Position numbers and translations under genes: made by a program. A stretch of DNA of 63,056 bases, filler included, from Circinaria calcarea (lineage: Eukaryota), in assembly GCA_051942165.1 (NCBI GenBank). It is 15 parts of 15 records of this genome, joined end to end, with 100 filler letters (N's around TTAATTAATTAA, not from the genome) between each part and the next. Parts side by side here need not be neighbours in the genome. Positions count along the whole stretch, not along the records: positions 8,435 to 12,550 come from JAVECS010002462.1; positions 12,651 to 16,765 come from JAVECS010002463.1; positions 16,866 to 20,979 come from JAVECS010002464.1; positions 21,080 to 25,192 come from JAVECS010002465.1; 11 more parts are not named here. The stretch is one strand, 5' to 3'. This document shows, piece by piece, positions 11,520 through 21,903 of the stretch (its first letter is position 1; each line of letters starts with the position of its first letter). Under the pieces are notes generated by a model. The model was not told the origin of the DNA. It was given only the letters and a program-made list of their open reading frames with translations, and did no database searches.

Positions 11520-12156
11520 AAGAGAAAGAGGAGGACTTGTATTGGGAAGCATGGAAGGCGTTGGGACTCCGATCCGGTGGAGTTCATTCACATGGCAAAA
11601 GGCTTCGGGATTCCCCCGGGGGGACTTATTCGGGGGTTGGGTGGGAGCATGATGGCAGCATAAGTATGGACCAATGTTTTAGAACGTAGAATTATTTAGA
11701 TGACGTCGCTACTTTCGCCGAGTAACGGAAGGCGAGTAGCCCAGAAAGCCAGTCTTCATTATAAAGATCTTACATAGGGGTCTTACAAGCACATTGATCT
11801 ACTTTAGCTAGAATAGGTGATAGGAATCCAATCCGTAGTTGTTTCACTTGTACCGGAAATGCTGATATTCAAGCCACGCAGTTGCCCATGGAAAACATCC
11901 ATGTTCCCAAGGTATCCTCGTTGTTTTCCCATGACTACTCATATCTTCCATTTCCCACCACATATACCTCTATCCGCCCTCATCATCCTGTCTGACCCGT
12001 TAGAGTTTCCATAAAACTATGGCTGTCCGCTCTCAGCTCTCAAAGTACAGCCTCATCCAGAAGCCGGCCAAGGCTATTGTTACACATGGGGATCTTTAAT
12101 TAGGCATCGCCTCAATCTCGGTGGAGTCCGTAGAGTCGTCGTACGGATGGCGAAGA

Positions 12157-12550
12157 TGGACGGTCAGCGGTCCCACATGAATCCCTCCGGACCTTTGCGT
12201 GAGTAGCAAAGTGGGTCCTCCGCCGGCGTCAGCAGGACCCATGTACTCTCTGGAAGTACAGAGCATCGTCGTACTGACAAATACCATATACCGCGCTATC
12301 TCATGGACGTGGGCCGCTTCCGGATCCAAGGTGGATTCGACAAACACGGACTTGCTCCGTGCAGCCATCCAATCTGCAATTTGAAGATTCCAAAGATCGA
12401 GGTTGAGAAAGACATTCTGGAGTGAGATAGATCATGGCCGCCGAGACAGCGCCTCTAGGCCAAATGCTCACTTCACACAAGATGGTCTTCATGGTCTCAA
12501 CCAGTCTTTGGCTGTAATCTGTCTGTGTGTATATACGCGTACCTGGCGAT
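12157..12550 (-). CDS. Probable 3' exons of an unidentified gene truncated by the contig end
   Basis: Two plausible GT-AG introns join ...LVETMKTILCE / NVFLNLDLWNLQIADWMAARSK...IARYMVF / DPLCYSRKGPEGFMWDR*. No family recognised. Confidence 0.35.
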
Positions 12551-12650
12551 NNNNNNNNNNNNNNNNNNNNNNNNNNNNNNNNNNNNNNNNNNNNTTAATT
12601 AATTAANNNNNNNNNNNNNNNNNNNNNNNNNNNNNNNNNNNNNNNNNNNN

Positions 12651-12816
12651 ATGTAATAATGAGCTTAATTGGTTTATATTAGCGTATGAATTATTATTAA
12701 AAAATTCTCGTATAATATTTCGTGAGGAAAATCTTTTTTATTAAACTAATACCTTGTGACCTCGGTGTATAGTTCCCCCGTAAGGTTCGTAGGGGTTCTC
12801 CGGTAGAGCCCTTATA
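12651..12816. mobile_element. RIP-mutated partial copy of the LTR at 21284-21903
   Basis: Ungapped 166-bp match to 21738-21903. By hand count there are 31 differences, all transitions, 28 of them C>T or G>A in this copy. Homology ends exactly at the CCCTTACA/CCCTTATA terminus. Confidence 0.9.
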
Positions 12817-13140
12817 ATATTATTAAGTATTTTTATTATTCCGTTATTCTTATAAGGACCTGCACTTCTTGTTTTAAATTTGGTTTATTTCTTTCGGTAA
12901 TTTATTCGAATGTTATGGCTTTCTAGAAATGCTGAAGTGCTTTAACAGCTAGCTTGCACCAAATAATGGAACTCTCCAATTAGTTTTTCTATTGAACTCC
13001 TTTTACTACTACTAGCTAGGAGTTCTTATTTAACTAAATGCTTCCATAAATCTATATTATTGAAAATCCTTCGGAACCACTATTATATAGTTATTGCAGT
13101 ACCTCACACCGTAAATTATTGCCTACGTACATTTAGTACG

Positions 13141-13313
13141 TGTCACGGTTTTAGCGTCACGTGTCACGGTTTAACATAGCACCGACCCGCTTCGCGGGCC
13201 GGGTCAGGGCCGAGATCAGGTAACCCACAATATATTTAGCTTCTGCAGTGTGGGGATTCCATCCCCACACTTAAATCATAGTTAATACTGGAACCCAACT
13301 TCAGTCCCTGACA
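13141..13313. mobile_element. Solo LTR (173 bp) with a 5-bp target-site duplication
   Basis: Begins TGTCAC and ends CTGACA (TGTCA...TGACA inverted ends). Flanked on both sides by GTACG (13136-13140 and 13314-13318). Confidence 0.8.
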
Positions 13314-13515
13314 GTACGTCATAATAAATTTCGCCTCTTACTATAAATCTCTAGGTCACTATAAAAAAGGTAAGAGAAATAAACAATTCTAATTTCTACT
13401 ATAGCCTTGTCCTTCTATTAAATTATGCGAATTTTCTGCTTAAAAAGTATCCGATTATAATAATATAAAATAATAATAAAAAAAAAACCGAAACCAGTTG
13501 ACGCTATTACCGAAC

Positions 13516-14544
13516 TTATTCTTCCTTCCTTGTTACCTCCCTAGTCCACTCCTCTAACCTCTCTGAAAGTTTCCCATCCTTCGCCGCACCGCTCTGCCAC
13601 CTTGGCTCTCCAAACCGCCGGAAATATTCGAAATACGTGCCGCTGTGCTCCGCCTTCATATCCCGACTCGCTGCACAGAACAAACTGGTCCACGACCCCT
13701 TATCGGCAGGCCATATCAATCCAAACATGCGTAAGACCGAGAAAACACTCATCATGCCCGACCCCGACTCCCCCACCGACGTGGCAAGGTTCGTCTCAAC
13801 CAGACCTGGATGCACAGACGAAACCCAGATTTCGCCCTCCCCGTTCCGCGCACTGGGAGAGCCGGGCCCGTACGTCTTGTGCAAGGTCTTGGTGTGCAAA
13901 ATATTGGCGAGCTTGCTCTGTCCGTAACGCGGCCATGGGCCGCTATATTTGAGCGATAGGTCCTTGAAATTAATACCGCTCTTGGGTGCGCCCAAGTGGC
14001 CCGATGAAGTGAGGTTGACGATGCGCACGCTGCCGGGAGGAAGCGTCTTGGTGGTCCGCAGCATCAGAGGAAGCAAGTGCTCCGTCAAAACCCAGTGCGC
14101 GAGGTAGTTGGTCTGCCACTGGGCCTCGTGGCCATCTTTGGTCATTTCGAAGGGCGTCGCCATGATGCCTGCGTTGTTGACCAGGCCATGCAGAGCTGTT
14201 TCGAGGGTGAGGAAGTGCTTGACGGCCGCGACGACGCTGGTGAGGTCCATAAGGTCCATTTGCAGGAGGTCGATGTTGGCTGAGGGGTACATTTTCTTAA
14301 TGTTGGCGATGGCTGCTGTGCCCTTCTCTGGGGATCGGGCGCACATATAAACGTGGGCGCCGTGTTCTGCTAGGTGGGCTACGGTGTAGTAGCCTCTGTG
14401 GTTTGGTGAGATCAGCGATTCGGGCTTCGTGGTGAGAGGGGAGAGGGGAGAGGGGAGAGGGAAGACTTACATGCCGGAATTCCCACCTGTGACCATGAAT
14501 GCTTTGCCCTTGAGATCGGGGAGAGTGTCGGGATGGAAAGTCAT
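13516..14544 (-). CDS. Short-chain dehydrogenase/reductase (retinol dehydrogenase/WWOX-like classical SDR)
   Basis: ATG at 14544, intron 14396-14470. TGGNSGIG Rossmann motif, NNAG, catalytic YGQSK, VHPGLV. Confidence 0.93.
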
Positions 14545-15235
14545 GTTCAAAACGAGTGCTTGAGTGAATATGTAAAGGCGTAATACTAAAAAACAAATAA
14601 TTTAATGGCTTGGATTGAGTTCTATATCTTTGATGATCCGAAAAGACGCGTCGAAATTAAGGTGTTGCTACGATCTTTATATTGCTCTTATCCAACAATG
14701 TCCGAGATACTTGCATTTTAGGTGTTATTCCGAGCATCAGATATCGTGAGCAAGCTGCATAACCCTTGGACTAATCAGGTCACATTGAACTTGGACATAT
14801 TGAAGAGATGGACCAACAGGACAATTCCGAGTGAGCGAGTGAGCCAACTGCATGAAGCGTGGAGCTCACTGCTGAATCTTTAGCTACTGTCCAAATTAGC
14901 CACCCTCGGGAGATCATAATGTCACGTTTGTTAATCGAGTGGTGCATTGATACTGGAGCTCATGATCCTGATCCATCCCGTGAGCAGGCTGCATGACGCT
15001 AGACCTGCTCGAGGTAGACACTGTACTACTCCGTAGTGACTGATGATATCGTGCCATCTTATTATTAACTCCTGTCTGTCTGCGCCTCAGCTGCGCATAT
15101 ATCAATTCCTCCGTTCCCGAGTATCAGACTCGTCATTGTGAGCAGGCTGCATAAAGCGCCTTGGCCGGCCCAAAGAAACTTACATCAATTATCACCAATT
15201 TTATTATCACCGCAATCCCTACGTCTGCTAGCATT

Positions 15236-16289
15236 ATGATTAGTGCGTATCAGCCTCCAAATTCAACAGCACCACGCATCCAACTCGCGTCGATGCCACA
15301 ATTGGCCGAGGTACGTATCAGGCCGCCTTCAATCGCTAAGACGATATGATTTGCTCACCGCGTACAGACGATAAGCAGGGAAGATGACTGGACTGGGACC
15401 AAGGATGCCGCAGCACGCAGACGGGCACAGACCAGACTCAATACAAGGGCATACCGTAAGTAAGGCCTTGTTATCTCTTTCGTCCAAACCAGGAGTCAGG
15501 ATCAGTCCGATCAAGGGGTACCCGATTATCGAAACTAACAGTCCAGTAGGAAAACGCAAAGCCCTAGCAAAGAAAGCCGAAGCATCCAGTGCCGCAACCG
15601 GGACACTGATCAAATCAGAAGCGCTGGTGGAATGCTGGGACATTGAGCAGCAATCCGTCTCCATCTTCCCAGTATCCCGTATCAAGCAACTATACAATGC
15701 GAGAAATCCCTTGCTGCCACATAAACCTAGAAAAGAGCAGTTTAACATTGTCTTCCCCCTCTGTCCAGACCACCTCATCACACTCCTCCAATTCAACGCC
15801 CTCCGCGCCCTGGCCGTCAACCGCACTCTAATCTCGGGCATCCTTGTCACGCCGTTCGACTGTGATCAGGAAGTTATCCACGTCATCCCCTACCCTAACA
15901 AGCCCGAACTACTCCCTTCAACACTCCTGCCAACCACCCTTCAACAAACGGTGCCGCACGGCGACTGGATCGACCTGTTCCCGTATCCCGAGGGACGAGA
16001 CCGCTTGATCCGGGCCGCCGGCACCTTCGACGAGGACGAGCTGTGGGCCGACTGCATCGGCGGGCTGTACGAGGGCTTTCCCGACGACGAGATCGAGCGA
16101 CGCGGCATTATTGCGTGGTCGCCGCCGTGGGATATCACGGGGTGGGAGATGTCGAAAGGGTTTCTGAAGAAATGGGGTTGGTTGTTTAAAGGGTTGCCGG
16201 TGGCATTAGAGGCGACGAATCGGTGGCGGATAGAAAGAGGTGAGGAGCCATTTATTCGTGATGACCGCACGTCGCATATAATTATATAA
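15236..16289 (+). CDS. bZIP-like basic region plus DUF3425 domain transcription regulator
   Basis: Two introns (about 15311-15367 and 15456-15549) give EDDWTGTKDAAARRRAQTRLNTRAYRKRK. C-terminal motifs LLPTTLQQTVPHGDWIDLFP, DEDELWAD and PPWDITGWEMSKGFLKKWGWL are typical of DUF3425. Confidence 0.88.
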
Positions 16290-16598
16290 CTTTAGTACTA
16301 TACAAGGTACCTCTTCGTTATCGGCCGAATATAAATTTAAATTAAAAATAATAAAATAATAAGTGCCAAAATCGAAAAAGGATCCGCCAAGCCAGGTTTG
16401 CAGTAACGTGACGAGCTTCAAAATTCAATCCTGACGGCATTCGTATTTGAATTTCATGCACTTATTAAAAATAAAAAAAATTAAAAATTAAATTAAAAAA
16501 CTTAATTAATTAATATACGATATATTCCGTTTTATTAACGAGTTGTTACAAGCAACACCCAATAGAAAATAACATAATAATAAACGAGTATATATTTT

Positions 16599-16765
16599 TG
16601 TCAGAAACTGAAGTTGGGTGTTACGTGTTAGGGTGAAGCCAATTCACAAAGATAGCAGGCCTAGAACCAAAGCAATTTGTGGGCTCTATAAACCTAGAAT
16701 AACATAAGGATTGAAGGTGTCTGGGACACGCGAATATAAGCAACCCGCCAAGGCTCGCTAACGCT
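16599..16765. mobile_element. LTR-like remnant related to the solo LTR at 13141-13313, in opposite orientation
   Basis: TGTCAGAAACTGAAGTTGGGT (16599-16619) matches the reverse complement of 13293-13313 at 19/21 positions; both differences are G>A. Lies next to AT-rich RIP-like DNA. Confidence 0.5.
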
Positions 16766-16865
16766 NNNNNNNNNNNNNNNNNNNNNNNNNNNNNNNNNNN
16801 NNNNNNNNNTTAATTAATTAANNNNNNNNNNNNNNNNNNNNNNNNNNNNNNNNNNNNNNNNNNNN

Positions 16866-17145
16866 CCCCCCCGAACCCCGAACCCTAAATACCCCTCGAT
16901 GCGAACGCCAACCGGCATATGAATAGTACAAGCGAAGCACTAGCCCGAATTGCTGGCAGACTGCTAGCTGCGGGCTTGTGAAATAGTAGAGAATACGATC
17001 GCAATGTCCTGTCCACCAAACACGGACTCCTGAACCCCGAAACCCCAACCCTGAACCCCGAACTCTAAAGCCCTTCGATGCGAACGCCAACCGGCATATG
17101 AATCCAAGCAAAAGCACCAGCCCAAATTGCTGGCAGACTGCCAGC
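16866..17145. repeat. Tandem repeat (about 180-bp period) with degenerate telomere-like GAACCCC/AACCCT motifs
   Basis: About 95-bp block at 16873-16968 recurs at 17053-17145 (shared core TCGATGCGAACGCCAACCGGCATATGAAT...TTGCTGGCAGACTGC). Each copy is preceded by GAACCCCGAACCCT-like units. Confidence 0.75.
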
Positions 17146-17518
17146 AGAAGCAAGAGTGACGCGTTGTTCCGACAGGGCTGGTTGGAGAAGGAATGACTGC
17201 GAGCCTTTGGTGTCGGCGCGGTGGGAAGCAGCGTTGAAAAGGTTTGAGATTTGGAGGGTTGGGTGATTGGAGGATCCAAAAGGGTTATGTGCGGTCTAGG
17301 ATTGAAAAGCCCCTCCTTTACTTTTCTCTCCCCTCCTTTCCTTCTCCCTTCCTTTTCTTTCCCCCCTTCGCTTATGAACGGGTTGCTGGAAGGTGGGTAG
17401 AGGTTGGGTGGGGGGCTGTTTATTTGAGGAATGGCTATGAGCCCTTTGGCACGGCAAGAGCAGGTTGAAACATCTTGAAGGTTGGAAGATTGGGAAATCG
17501 GAACGGGCTAAGTACGGT

Positions 17519-20500
17519 CTAGGACTGACACCCTCCCCCTTCCCCCTTTCTTTCCTCCTCTCCTCTTTTCGCTTTAAATAGACTCTTTAGCCTCCATCGA
17601 TTCTTTGATTTGGTCTGGCAAGATAGAAAGAGGGCCAAGTTGCTTATTGACAGTAAAGTGTCAGGGTGTTCGTCGCCTAAAATTCGCTTTTGAGCCTTCA
17701 ATGCTTTCTCTCCCAGTTCCACGGCTTCTTGCTTTCGGCCGAGGACGCTGTAGCTCACCGCAAGGTTACCCATTAATATTAAAGTATTAAGATGTTCGTC
17801 GCCTAAAATTCGCTTGCTTGCCTCCAATACCTTCTCTTTTAGCTTCATAGCTTCTTGCCTTCGGCTAAGGTCGCTATAGCTACTCGCAAGGTTATTTATT
17901 GATATTAAAGTATCAGGGTGTTCGTCGCCTAAAATTCGTTTTTGAACCTTCAATGCTTTCTCTCCCAGTTCCACGGCTTCTTGCTTTCGGCCGAGGACGT
18001 TGTAGCTCACCGCAAGGTTACCTATTGATATTAAAGTATTAGGATGTTCGTCGCCTAAAATTCGCTTTTTTGCCTCCAACATCTTCTCTTCCAGTTCTAC
18101 GGCTTCTTGCACTCGGCCAAGGTCGCTATAGCTCCTCGCAAGGTTATTCATTGACCTTAAAGTATCAGGGTGTTCGTCGCCTAAAATTCGCTTGCTTGCC
18201 TCCAATACCTTTTCTTCTAGCTCAATGGCTTCTTGCCTTCGGCCGAGGTCGCTATAGCTACTCGCAAGGTTGTTTATTGATGTTAAAGTAACAGGATGTT
18301 CATCGCCCAAGATTCGCCTTTGAGCCTCCGATGCTTTCTCTCCTAGCTCCACGGCTTCTTGTCTTCGGCCAAGGTTGCTATAGCTCACCGCAAGGTTAAT
18401 CATTGACTGTAAAGTATCTGGGTGTTCATCGCCTAAGATCTTCTTTCGCGCCTCCAATGTCTTCTTTTTTAGCTCCAGGGCTTCTTGCTCTCGGCCAAGG
18501 TCGCTATAGCTACTCGCAAGGTTACCTATTGAATCTAAAGTATCGGGGTGTTCGTCGCCTAAAATTCGCTTTCTTGCCTCCACTGCCTTCTCTTCCAGTT
18601 CTATAGCTTCTTGCCCTCGGCCAAGGTTGTTATAGCTCACCGCAAGGTTATTTATTGATGTTAAAGTATTAAGGTGTTCGTCGCCTAAAATTCGCTTTCT
18701 TGCCTCCAATACCTTCTCTTCTAGCTCTACAGCTTCTTGCCTTCGGCCGAGCTCGTTGTAGCTCACCGCAAGGTTATTCATTAATGTTAAAGTATTAAGG
18801 TGTTCGCCGCCTAAAATTCATTTTTTTACCTCTAATAATTTCTCTTCTAGTTCCATGGCTTCTTGCCATCGGCCAAGCTCGCTATAGCTATTCGCAAGGT
18901 TATTTATTGATGTTAAAGTATCAGGGTGTTCGTCGCCTAAAATTCGCTTTCTTGCCTCCAATACCTTCTCTTTCAGTTCCATGGCTTCTTGCCATCGGCC
19001 AAGCTCGCTATAGCTACTCGCAAGGTTGTTTATTGATGTTAAAGTAACAGGGTGTTCGTCGCCTAAGATCCGCCTTTCCGCCTCTAGTATCTTCTCACTT
19101 AGCTCTATCGCGTTCAGCAATCGGCCGTTTTCCTTAAATACAAGAGCAAACTTAGCAGCAATCTGAAGCCGCTCTAACTCTCCCTTGCCGACGGCGAAAA
19201 GTTCACTATCACAAGAACTAAGACAACTGCCCACATGAGATAAGACCGACCTCCGAAAGTAGTAATCGAGAGACTGAAATTCCCAAGATATTGAAATTGC
19301 CAATGTCGAAGCTGCTACTCTCCAAAGCCGTTTCTGTTCAACTTCAGCCAGTCGATATCTAGCCCATGTATGAACAAGTGGATGCATTGAAATGTGGTTT
19401 TTCGCGTCGATGCTGATAAGTGAAAAAGATAGGAGAACAGCCACCGCTTCCCGAATTGGACCTGACTCCCAATCTTTGGACTCATCATCGCGAAGCATAG
19501 CAAGCTGATGTGATAATGTCCATTCTGAGAATTGCCGACTTTGCATACGCCTCCGAGCTTCCTTCAGAATGTCTTCGGAAATACCGTCAAAATGCATAAA
19601 CGAAAAAAGCTGAAGAATCTCAATTGCATTATGTGCGGTTTTGTTGCCCATTTTTTTGATCATATCAACAGAAACTTCCCAAGTCGTATAAACAGTATAC
19701 TTGTAATCACCACTTGCTTGAACGGGCTGATGACTTAGCAGCTGTTCTCGACGGCGAGAATATACACTACAGTATTCCTCCATGCTGTAAAGTTTTTGCC
19801 TGATGACCGCACCAGCCTGAACAATCGCAAGAGGAAGATAGCCCAGAATCTTAACAATAGGGGTCGCTAGATTCCGAGACGCTTCCTGCGATATGTCCTG
19901 TGTCGCGGTAGTCTTGAGGAGTAGTGTAATGGCTTCTTCGGGTTCCATCTGACTAAGTTCATATGACCCAACGGTTGCGTGGATGGTGCAGTCCGGATTC
20001 CGAGTGGTAAGCAGTACAGTACCCCTATTGCCAGCTGGGAAATATCGAGAGACATCCTCAGAAGGATCGTCAGCGTTGTCGATGATCAAGAGCCATGGAT
20101 CGGGATAGTTTGAAAGCCATCTTTTTACAGCTTCAAAGTCCGCTTCAAACCCACAAGATCGAGCTATGCCTAAGAATCCTTGCTTCACTGTTTCACTGCT
20201 GCTTGCATCTATCCAGAAAATACCCCAGAAACTAGGTGGAAGTCAGCCGTCAATACAACTTGATGAAGTCCCTGGATAATCGAAATTCCATGTGCGTACC
20301 TTTCGCGATGAGTTTGAGCAAACCTCAAACATACTTGAGTTTTTCCTGACCCCCCTAGACCATACAATACAAATCTTTTCTGGTCTGGGGCATTATCTGG
20401 GGGTATCGACGGCAAGCAGCTCTTTGTAAGCTGTTGACGGATTTCTTCACGCCCAGTGAATACGGAGCTGACATTATGAGGAACCTCATAATGCTTGTTG

Positions 20501-20979
20501 TATACATTTGACAGGTTAACTGATAGTATGTTGTTATTAAAAGCAATTCTGTTATTCAAAGAGCAAACCAAGATTTGATTCATTGTACGTACGACTGTCG
20601 CTGGGATGTTTAACATTATTTGCCTTTAGCATCCTACGGATTCTGTTAAAGAGCCTCTCATACACTGGGTCGTCGCGTGCCTGGAATTGGCACATGTCCC
20701 GGTGGTTTGCGTCGACCGGTATCTGATCTTCTCCTTGAACTTCCAATAGCGCAGAATGCTTCTCAACAATCTAGTAATAAAAACATTAGCTTTGCTAGGA
20801 TTGAATGACGAAACCCTCGACGTACGAGTGTAGAGAACATTTTCATTGGTTTCGTCTCATAGAAGCTGACTACCTTATAATTAGGCAACTGGTGTCTGAA
20901 ATCCGAAGTGAGTCGCATCAACGAATCGCTGTTGCTCTGCAGAGCGCTAATCAAGCGCGGCTTTGGTTTGTTCATCACA
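17519..20979 (-). pseudogene. Fungal NLR: alpha/beta-hydrolase (SesB-like) effector - NB-ARC - TPR array, with an in-frame nonsense codon at 18818-18820; 5' truncated
   Basis: Hydrolase tail VVSFYET...IVEKHSA...DANHRDMCQF; FTGREE; Walker A GLGGSGKT; Walker B WLLIIDNADD; LTTR; GYLPLAI; MHPLVH; 12 ILGDEHP-type motifs at 42-aa spacing. The two ORFs are in the same frame, separated by TGA where the other repeats have Arg (CGA). Confidence 0.9.
17640..19100 (-). repeat. 126-bp intragenic tandem repeat array (highly conserved TPR units)
   Basis: Recurring GGTGTTCGTCGCCTAAAATTCGC at 126-bp spacing; about 11 full units plus a partial one. Confidence 0.95.
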
Positions 20980-21256
20980 NNNNNNNNNNNNNNNNNNNNN
21001 NNNNNNNNNNNNNNNNNNNNNNNTTAATTAATTAANNNNNNNNNNNNNNNNNNNNNNNNNNNNNNNNNNNNNNNNNNNNATATTAAATAGTACTTAAATT
21101 AATATATAAAATAATAGGTAGATAAACTGATAGCGCTAAACCACGCTAAAATCGAATTTATATTAGCTCCATTTTAGGGTAGCTGACGTTCGCTTAATTT
21201 TTTATGCGAATTATGCAAGAAAAAAGCCAGCCACCCCAGAAATGGGGGGTGGCACG

Positions 21257-21280
21257 TTCCGGACTCGTTTCATCCCACCA
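21257..21280 (-). promoter_or_regulatory. Primer-binding site complementary to a tRNA-Ala 3' end, interrupted by 6 nt
   Basis: Plus strand TTCCGGACTCGT[TTCATC]CCACCA matches the last 18 nt of yeast tRNA-Ala as I recall it (UUCCGGACUCGUCCACCA), including CCA. Confidence 0.6.
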
Positions 21281-21283
21281 TTC

Positions 21284-21903
21284 TGTAAGGGCGCTGCAAT
21301 CCTTGGAGTTTATTGAGGAATATGATAGGTCCCGATTGATAATAGCATGATTATATAGGGTGTAGTTGAACTGTTGCCCTAGGCTTAATATTAAAGAGTA
21401 ATATTAAACACGGTCTATAAACATGCTATTTTAAAGAGCGAGGAATAACCTGGTTATATATCCACGGTGCTTCTAGTGATCCCTCTGGTTCCCTAGGATC
21501 CCTGGGAGCCTCCGGGAACACGCCACGTGACGTGCTCCTGACGCTCCCTGCCAAGTCCTGGGAGCACCCGGGAACCACCGTTCCCTGGTTCCTCCGTTCC
21601 GGCACTTAGCCTTGCCAGGGTATGGCGGTACGCCATAACACATCCCCCGCATCGTCATCGTCGCAAGGGTCGTTGAATCGTGTTGTAAGGATCCTTTACG
21701 AATAGTATAGTGATCTTACGATAAGGGTCGGTGAATTGTGTGATAATGAGCTCAATTGGTTCGCGTCAATGTATGAATTATTGCTAAGGAGTTCTCGTGT
21801 AACGCTTCGCGAGGAAAACCTTTCTCGCTAAGCCAATACCTCGTGACCTCGGTGTATAGTTCCCCCGTAGGGTTCGTAGGGGTTTTCCGGTAGAGCCCTT
21901 ACA
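21284..21903 (-). mobile_element. LTR (620 bp), probably the 5' LTR of a minus-strand LTR retrotransposon
   Basis: Perfect 9-bp inverted ends TGTAAGGGC...GCCCTTACA. A second copy at 12651-12816 ends at the same boundary. A PBS-like sequence lies 3 nt from the left end. No target-site duplication around it, as expected for a non-solo LTR. Confidence 0.85.

Noticed and set aside
17640..19100. 126-bp and 99-bp periodic repeats as CRISPR-like arrays
   Set aside because: The periods are multiples of three, whole units are similar with no unique spacers, and they encode TPR and ankyrin repeats in a eukaryotic gene.
21257..21280. tRNA-Ala gene
   Set aside because: Only the 3' 18 nt match. There is no D or anticodon arm upstream and CCA is encoded, which fits a primer-binding site better.
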